In this document: one piece after another, positions 58,999-64,000 of the stretch
Numbering within the stretch: position 1 is the stretch's first letter
How the letters are laid out: each line of letters opens with the position of its first letter
NCBI GenBank assembly: GCA_943368425.1
Contig: CALRLC020000006.1
Coordinates: 47,893 to 111,892, forward strand
Direction of reading: 5' to 3'
DNA: 64,000 nucleotides
Source: Brevundimonas vancanneytii
GTDB taxonomy: Bacteria; Bacteroidota; Bacteroidia; Chitinophagales; Chitinophagaceae
The notes under the pieces: model-generated
Seen by the model: the letters and a program-made list of their open reading frames with translations, nothing else
Database searches by the model: none
What the model was told of the DNA's origin: nothing
Made by a program: the position numbers and the translations under genes

Positions 58999-59373
58999 AT
59001 GGAAGAAGGAAAACGTCAGCGTCAGGTAGCGGGAGCCATTCAGGAGGAAATGAATGATATTTTCAGGAGACTGAATCTTTCCATGCTCGATGGAGGAATG
59101 GTGTCAATATCCTCTGTTAAAGTCACCCCCGATCTGTTGGAAGCCAGAATTTATCTCAGCTTGTTTCAGGTAAAAGATGCAAAAGCTACGATGAAAACTA
59201 TCGAAAGCCGCGCATGGGAAATCAAAAAAGAACTCGCTGATAAAATGAAACATCAACTCCGCAGAATACCCGTTCTTCATTTCTATCTAGATGATACTTT
59301 GGATTATGTGTTCAAGATGGAAGAAATCTTTAAGAATATTAGTGAGGAGAAGAAAGGGGAAGAGAGTGAGTAA
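58999..59373 (+). CDS. rbfA: Ribosome-binding factor A
   Basis: RQRQVAGAIQEE, VKVTPDLLEARIYLS and RRIPVLHFYLDDTLDY motifs. Confidence 0.93.
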   Translation: MEEGKRQRQVAGAIQEEMNDIFRRLNLSMLDGGMVSISSVKVTPDLLEARIYLSLFQVKDAKATMKTIESRAWEIKKELADKMKHQLRRIPVLHFYLDDTLDYVFKMEEIFKNISEEKKGEESE

Positions 59374-59437
59374 TGAATAGTGAGTAGTCAGTAGTGAGTG
59401 ATTTTTATACTCACTACTGACTATTCACTACTCACTC
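59365..59437. repeat. AGTGAGT-family inverted-arm element, empty
   Basis: agtgagt-aatgaat-agtgagt-agtcagt-agtgagt, a 9-nt spacer, then actcact-actgact-attcact-actcact. Confidence 0.85.
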
Positions 59438-59474
59438 AAACTAATACATTTAACCAACCACACGACCCAATCCC

Positions 59475-60680
59475 GTGAACTTTCTATTCGCCTGGCGCTA
59501 TTTCAGATCGAAAAAATCTACCAATGCTATCAATGTCATTGCGTGGATTAGCGTTACGGCTATTACAGTGGGATGTGCAGCACTCATCATCATACTTAGC
59601 GTATTCAATGGGTTTGAAGAATTGGTAAAAGGGCTGTATACAGATTTCTATACCGACATTCGTATCTCTCCGGCAAAAGGGAAAACCATTCTACTCAATG
59701 ATCAATTACAAAAACAAATCAAAGCCACGCCGGGAGTAGCTGTTTTTAGTTTAGTAGCTGAAGAAAAAGCTTTGTTGGTGAATGGCCCTTATCAATCTAT
59801 TGTTTTGGTGAAGGGGGTGGATGAGCAGTATGCGGCTACGAATAAAATTTCAGCTCACATCAAGCGAGGAGAGTTCTCATTGGGAAATTTGGAAACACCG
59901 TCTATTGTTTTGGGTTATGGAATTGAAAATGCCATTGGCGCAGATGTAGAACGAGGTATATATCCACTTACATTGTATACGCCTAACAGAAAAGCCAGTT
60001 TCAATTCTTTGGATGGACTCAGCGTAAATAATATTACTGCGAGTGGAACTTTTCAAGTGCAACAAGAGTTTGATAACAAATATGCATTTACCAATCTTGT
60101 TTTCTTTCGTTATATGTTAAACATGGGGGCAGATGAGTACAGTGCTGCTGAAATTAAAGTGAATGGAGATGCAGATAAGATCAAAGAGCAATTGCAAACA
60201 ACATTGGGAGAGAAGTACCTGGTTCAAACCAGGTATGAGCAGAATAAGAGTTTATACGCAGTCATGCAAATGGAAAAATGGGTGATCTATGCCATTCTAT
60301 CTTTGATATTAGTAGTAGCTGCTTTCAATATGATCGGTGCACTTACCATGTTGGTATTGGAAAAGCAAAAAGACATCGCAGTATTGCAAGCCATGGGTGC
60401 CTCGCAAAAAAGAATACAAACCATTTTTCTTGCTGAAGGAATGCTGCTTGCCGGTTTCGGCGCTGCATTAGGAATGCTACTTGCAACTATTATCTGCTGG
60501 ATGCAGATCAAATTTGAACTGATTAAATTAGCCGGCGACACTTTCATTGTCAAAGCATATCCTGTAAAACTGATTCCAACAGATTATTTGTTGGTCCTAG
60601 TAACTGTTATGTTCATCGGTTTTCTTGCTGCATGGATTCCTTCACGTAAAGCAAGTCGTCAAGAACTTGCTCTTAAATAA
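59475..60680 (+). CDS. LolC/E (MacB-FtsX) family ABC permease
   Basis: FAWRYFRSKK, ILSVFNGF, FNMIGALTMLVLEKQKDIAVL and AAWIPSRKA motifs. Confidence 0.88.
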   Translation: MNFLFAWRYFRSKKSTNAINVIAWISVTAITVGCAALIIILSVFNGFEELVKGLYTDFYTDIRISPAKGKTILLNDQLQKQIKATPGVAVFSLVAEEKALLVNGPYQSIVLVKGVDEQYAATNKISAHIKRGEFSLGNLETPSIVLGYGIENAIGADVERGIYPLTLYTPNRKASFNSLDGLSVNNITASGTFQVQQEFDNKYAFTNLVFFRYMLNMGADEYSAAEIKVNGDADKIKEQLQTTLGEKYLVQTRYEQNKSLYAVMQMEKWVIYAILSLILVVAAFNMIGALTMLVLEKQKDIAVLQAMGASQKRIQTIFLAEGMLLAGFGAALGMLLATIICWMQIKFELIKLAGDTFIVKAYPVKLIPTDYLLVLVTVMFIGFLAAWIPSRKASRQELALK

Positions 60681-60725
60681 TGTCTGAGTTTTTAATATGT
60701 AATTGCAAAGAGTTTTACATAAAGA

Positions 60726-60750
60726 AGCCGCTTAGTTTTTCTAAGCGGCT
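60726..60750. terminator. Intrinsic terminator between convergent genes
   Basis: agccgcttag-ttttt-ctaagcggct. Confidence 0.7.
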
Positions 60751-60795
60751 CTGATAAAAATATTTTGAATTTTTACTTTTGATTTTTGACTTCTC

Positions 60796-61638
60796 CTAAT
60801 AGTCTCCCAAAGTTTCCTCTAACTGACCTAAAGCTTTCGCCAATTGCTCATCACTTGGAGCAATGCCGTGCCATTCGTGGCTGCCTTCCATGAAGTCAAC
60901 ACCTTTACCCATTTCTGTTTTCATCATGATACAGATGGGTTTACCTTGTCCGGTCATAGATTTGGCTTTGTCGAGAACAGCCACCACATCTTCCATATCG
61001 TTGCCATTCATGTCTAGAACGGTCCAGTTAAAAGCTTTGAATTTATCGTGAAGATTATCCAGTGATAATACTTTGCTGGTTGGACCATCGATCTGTTGCC
61101 CGTTCCAGTCAACAGTAGCAATCAGGTTATCCACTTTGTTGTGTGCTGCAAACATAACTGCTTCCCATATTTGTCCTTCCTGTAATTCGCCATCGCCATG
61201 CAGAGAGAAAACGAGGTGTGGATCATTGTTGAATTTTTTGGTAAGAGCGGCACCGATCGCTACACTCATACCCTGACCCAAAGAACCGCTGGCAATTCTT
61301 ACACCCGGTAAATCTTCATGTGTTGTAGGGTGACCTTGTAAACGGGTATTCAGTTTACGGAAGCTGGCTAGTTCTTTCTTATCAAAATAACCGGAACGTG
61401 AAAGTACAGAATAGTAAACAGGAGAAATATGTCCGTTAGAGAGGAAGAAAAGGTCTTCGCCAACTCCATCCATTTTGAATTGACGGTCATGTTTCATCGT
61501 ATGAAAAAACAGGGCGGTGAGGAAATCGGTACAACCCAAAGACCCCCCCGGGTGTCCACTCTGAACCCCATGAACCATTCGAACGATATCGCGCCTGATC
61601 TGACTGGCCGCGGCTTTCAATTCCTGAATACTTGCCAT
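60796..61638 (-). CDS. Transketolase, N-terminal (TPP-binding) subunit only
   Basis: SGHPGGSLG, LSNGH, LQGHP, GSLGQG, GDGELQEG and KGVDFME motifs; about 280 aa. Confidence 0.92.
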   Translation of the reverse strand: MASIQELKAAASQIRRDIVRMVHGVQSGHPGGSLGCTDFLTALFFHTMKHDRQFKMDGVGEDLFFLSNGHISPVYYSVLSRSGYFDKKELASFRKLNTRLQGHPTTHEDLPGVRIASGSLGQGMSVAIGAALTKKFNNDPHLVFSLHGDGELQEGQIWEAVMFAAHNKVDNLIATVDWNGQQIDGPTSKVLSLDNLHDKFKAFNWTVLDMNGNDMEDVVAVLDKAKSMTGQGKPICIMMKTEMGKGVDFMEGSHEWHGIAPSDEQLAKALGQLEETLGDY

Positions 61639-61672
61639 ATGCTTGTTTTGTGGTTGCGAAGATAATGGAAAT

Positions 61673-61805
61673 ACTGAGTAGTGAGTAGTCAGTAGTGGGT
61701 AGGGTATAAATTGTGAATGAGCATGGTAATAGGTGGTGGCGTATATGAGATTAGGTAAAAAATATTGACTATTCACTACTCACTACTCACCATTGACAAT
61801 TCACT
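61673..61805. repeat. AGTGAGT-family inverted arms with a roughly 60-nt spacer
   Basis: Left actgagt-agtgagt-agtcagt-agtgggt; right attgact-attcact-actcact-actcacc-attgaca-attcact, running into TATATTTG (61805-61812). Confidence 0.8.
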
Positions 61806-61830
61806 ATATTTGCCCCCACAAAACCACTAT

Positions 61831-62394
61831 ATGTCAGAAGATCTGGATTTAATATTGGCCGATACGGAAGAAAGTATGACAAAGGCCATCAGTCATTTGG
61901 AAACAGAACTTACCAAGATCAGGGCGGGAAAAGCAAATCCAACCATGTTGGATGGTATTATGGTCGATTATTATGGGTCACCAACACCCATTAATCAGGT
62001 AGCGAATATCAGTGTGCTGGATGTTCGTACCATCAGCATTCAGCCTTGGGAAAAGAACATGTTGGCAGCTATTGAAAGAGCGATCATGGCAGCAAATATT
62101 GGTATCACTCCACAAAATGATGGTGTTCAATTGCGTTTGTTCTTGCCACCATTGACTGAAGAAAGAAGAAGAGAGTTGGTGAAAAAAGCTGCGGGTGAGG
62201 GCGAGCATTCAAAAGTAGCAATTAGAAATATTCGTCGTGATGCCATTGAGCAAGTGAAGAAATTACAGAAAGATGGTTTGAGTGAAGACGCAGCAAAAGA
62301 TGCTGAGAAAAGTATTCAGGATATCACAGATAAATTCATTTCACTCGTAGATAAACATTTAGCCGCTAAAGAAAAAGAAGTGATGGCGGTGTGA
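61831..62394 (+). CDS. frr: Ribosome recycling factor
   Basis: KIRAGKANP, YYGSPTP, PPLTEERR and RNIRRDA motifs. Confidence 0.96.
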   Translation: MSEDLDLILADTEESMTKAISHLETELTKIRAGKANPTMLDGIMVDYYGSPTPINQVANISVLDVRTISIQPWEKNMLAAIERAIMAANIGITPQNDGVQLRLFLPPLTEERRRELVKKAAGEGEHSKVAIRNIRRDAIEQVKKLQKDGLSEDAAKDAEKSIQDITDKFISLVDKHLAAKEKEVMAV

Positions 62395-62396
62395 TT

Positions 62397-62468
62397 TTTG
62401 ATTTTTTGATCTTTGATTTCTTGATTCGTCTTTTCATAAATCAAGAAATCAAAGATCAAAAAATCAAA
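62397..62468. repeat. ATCAA-family element, empty (perfect 30-bp hairpin with a 12-nt loop)
   Basis: tttgattttttgatctttgatttcttgatt-cgtcttttcata-aatcaagaaatcaaagatcaaaaaatcaaa; arms identical to those at 44933 and 45386. Confidence 0.88.
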
Positions 62469-63375
62469 CTTTCTCCTTCTTATTCACCAGGTATACCCCA
62501 CAAAGAATAATTCCTAAACATCCGATCTGCAGGAGGGTGATTTGTTCTCCGTCTAATAATCCCCAGAAAACAGCAACAAAGGGAATCCCATAAGTGACCA
62601 TGGATGCGAATAACGTTCCTGCTCTTTTTACGAGCATATAGAATATGATTGAAGCGAAAGCTGTTCCTAAAACGCCAAGAATAAACGAAGCACCTGTTGC
62701 TTTAATAACGGATGTTTCAGACAAGGCCATTTCAGTATATCCTGTATAGTATAAAATGATGGCGGATGGGATGATTAGAAATACAAATGCCAATGAGGCT
62801 ATGTTCAAAGAGCCGACCTCTTTCATGTGCCTGCCTACCATGTTCACATTGATGCCATAAAAAAGAGTAGCAAGCAATACCAGACCTGCGTAGGATATAT
62901 TTTGAAAACTAACCGTCTTACCTGCAAACATCAATAAACATAATCCGATAAAGCCAATAACAACGCCGGTGATTTTGGTAGTATTCGCTTTGAGCTGAAA
63001 GAATGAGATACCCACCAATATTGTGAACAAAGGGGTCAGAGCATTTAAGATTCCGGCCAATGAGCTGTCGATCTGTGTTTCAGCGATACAGAATAAATAG
63101 GCAGGAAAGAAATTGCCAAGTAGTCCAGATAGAATTACTAGAAACCATTTGTTTCGTGGTATTTGTTTCAATGCTTTTACTGCAAAGGGGGTAAGGATCA
63201 GTCCTGCACTCAGAATACGTATAGATGCTACCTGGTAAGGTGTTAAAACATGCATGCCTTCTTTCATCAGAATAAAGGAACTTCCCCAGATAACAGATAA
63301 CAGTAAAAAGATCCCCCAATTAATGATCCTGTCTCTCAATGTGTTGTTTTTGTAAAGGTGAGGGATTGCTTTCAT
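62464..63375 (-). CDS. DMT/EamA family transporter
   Basis: IWGSSFILMK, AGILNALTPLFT and VTYGIPFVAVFWG motifs; about 10 TMs. Start uncertain. Confidence 0.88.
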   Translation of the reverse strand: MKAIPHLYKNNTLRDRIINWGIFLLLSVIWGSSFILMKEGMHVLTPYQVASIRILSAGLILTPFAVKALKQIPRNKWFLVILSGLLGNFFPAYLFCIAETQIDSSLAGILNALTPLFTILVGISFFQLKANTTKITGVVIGFIGLCLLMFAGKTVSFQNISYAGLVLLATLFYGINVNMVGRHMKEVGSLNIASLAFVFLIIPSAIILYYTGYTEMALSETSVIKATGASFILGVLGTAFASIIFYMLVKRAGTLFASMVTYGIPFVAVFWGLLDGEQITLLQIGCLGIILCGVYLVNKKEKV

Positions 63376-63423
63376 TATTCAATTTTATTGGGTATTTTCA
63401 TTACTCACCAAACCAACACAACC

Positions 63424-63858
63424 ATGGGGATGCTTAAAGAATTTAAAGACTTTGCCATGCGAGGCAATCTGGTAGATATTGCCGTTGCCTTTGTTATGGG
63501 TGCTTCATTTGGAAAGATCGTTACTTCATTTGTAGACGGAATTGTAATGCCCTTGATCGGTATGTTGACCGGTGGGGTAGATTTCAATGACAAAGTATGG
63601 ATCTTAAAAGAGGCAGTAGCTGAAGTAAAAGATGCTGCCGGAGTTGTAGTAACAGAAGCTTCTGCAGAAGTATCTGTCAAATATGGTGCATTCATTACCA
63701 ACCTATTAGATTTTATTATTGTAGCATTTGCCGTCTTTCTTGTTATTAAAGCTATCAACAAGATGAAAGGACCAGCAGAATCCGGTGCCCCAAAAGGTCC
63801 ATCAGAATCTGAGAAGCTCTTGGCTGAGATCAGGGATTCATTGAAGAAGGTAGATTAG
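63424..63858 (+). CDS. mscL: Large-conductance mechanosensitive channel
   Basis: LKEFKDFAMRGNLVDIAVAFVMGASF, YGAFI and LLAEIRDSL motifs. Confidence 0.95.
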   Translation: MGMLKEFKDFAMRGNLVDIAVAFVMGASFGKIVTSFVDGIVMPLIGMLTGGVDFNDKVWILKEAVAEVKDAAGVVVTEASAEVSVKYGAFITNLLDFIIVAFAVFLVIKAINKMKGPAESGAPKGPSESEKLLAEIRDSLKKVD

Positions 63859-64000
63859 TTGATGGTAGACTATCGACTATGGACTAAGTGGATAAATATT
63901 ACCCCCTTCCGGTCGAAATAAGGCCTGAAGGGGTTTTCTTTGCAGCTAAAGTATGTGTCGTGAATACAGTGAATTATCAAATTAAATTAGACCAGTTTGA

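Noticed and set aside
29781-61805. AGTGAGT arrays as CRISPR repeats
   Set aside because: They are dispersed tandem heptamers in inverted pairs, with no regular repeat-spacer array and no cas genes.
63901-63936. Hairpin after mscL as a terminator or ncRNA
   Set aside because: The stem is interrupted and lies near the window edge; a terminator is plausible but too weak to call, and there is no ncRNA signature.

Overview
A 64-kb, almost entirely housekeeping chromosomal segment from a Bacteroidota bacterium. The phylum call rests on TAnnTTTG -7 promoter boxes, A/C-rich leaders without Shine-Dalgarno sites, and the protein families present; a Chitinophagaceae-like placement is inference only. 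Genes include purA (partial), relA/spoT, atpBEFHA (no atpG), a TonB-receptor/membrane/wHTH/ABC/LolA-like cluster, pdxA, rsmA, greA, ruvC, uppP, ftsX, leuS, an SbtA-like/LysR module, a tricorn-like S41 protease, ruvB, a haem cluster (hemA-C-D-E-F-B-L, with divergent hemH-hemJ), ileS, a DksA-like protein, an MsbA-like exporter, rbfA, a transketolase N-half, frr and mscL. I found no rRNA, tRNA, CRISPR array, integrase or transposase. The dominant unexplained structure is about 30 short-period (mostly 7-nt) tandem arrays from several sequence families, usually arranged as inverted arm pairs. They occur in four forms: empty hairpins at gene junctions; arms enclosing a cargo (two four-helix-bundle/Avd-like genes inside the hem operon, and one terminator); solo arms; and in-frame insertions inside LeuS, HemC and a signal peptide. 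One arm pair is a perfect 33-bp inverted repeat around a four-helix-bundle gene and recurs without cargo about 17 kb away. This suggests a loaded/empty, IVS-like or mobile RNA-hairpin element system. That interpretation is inference and needs comparative genomic and RNA tests.
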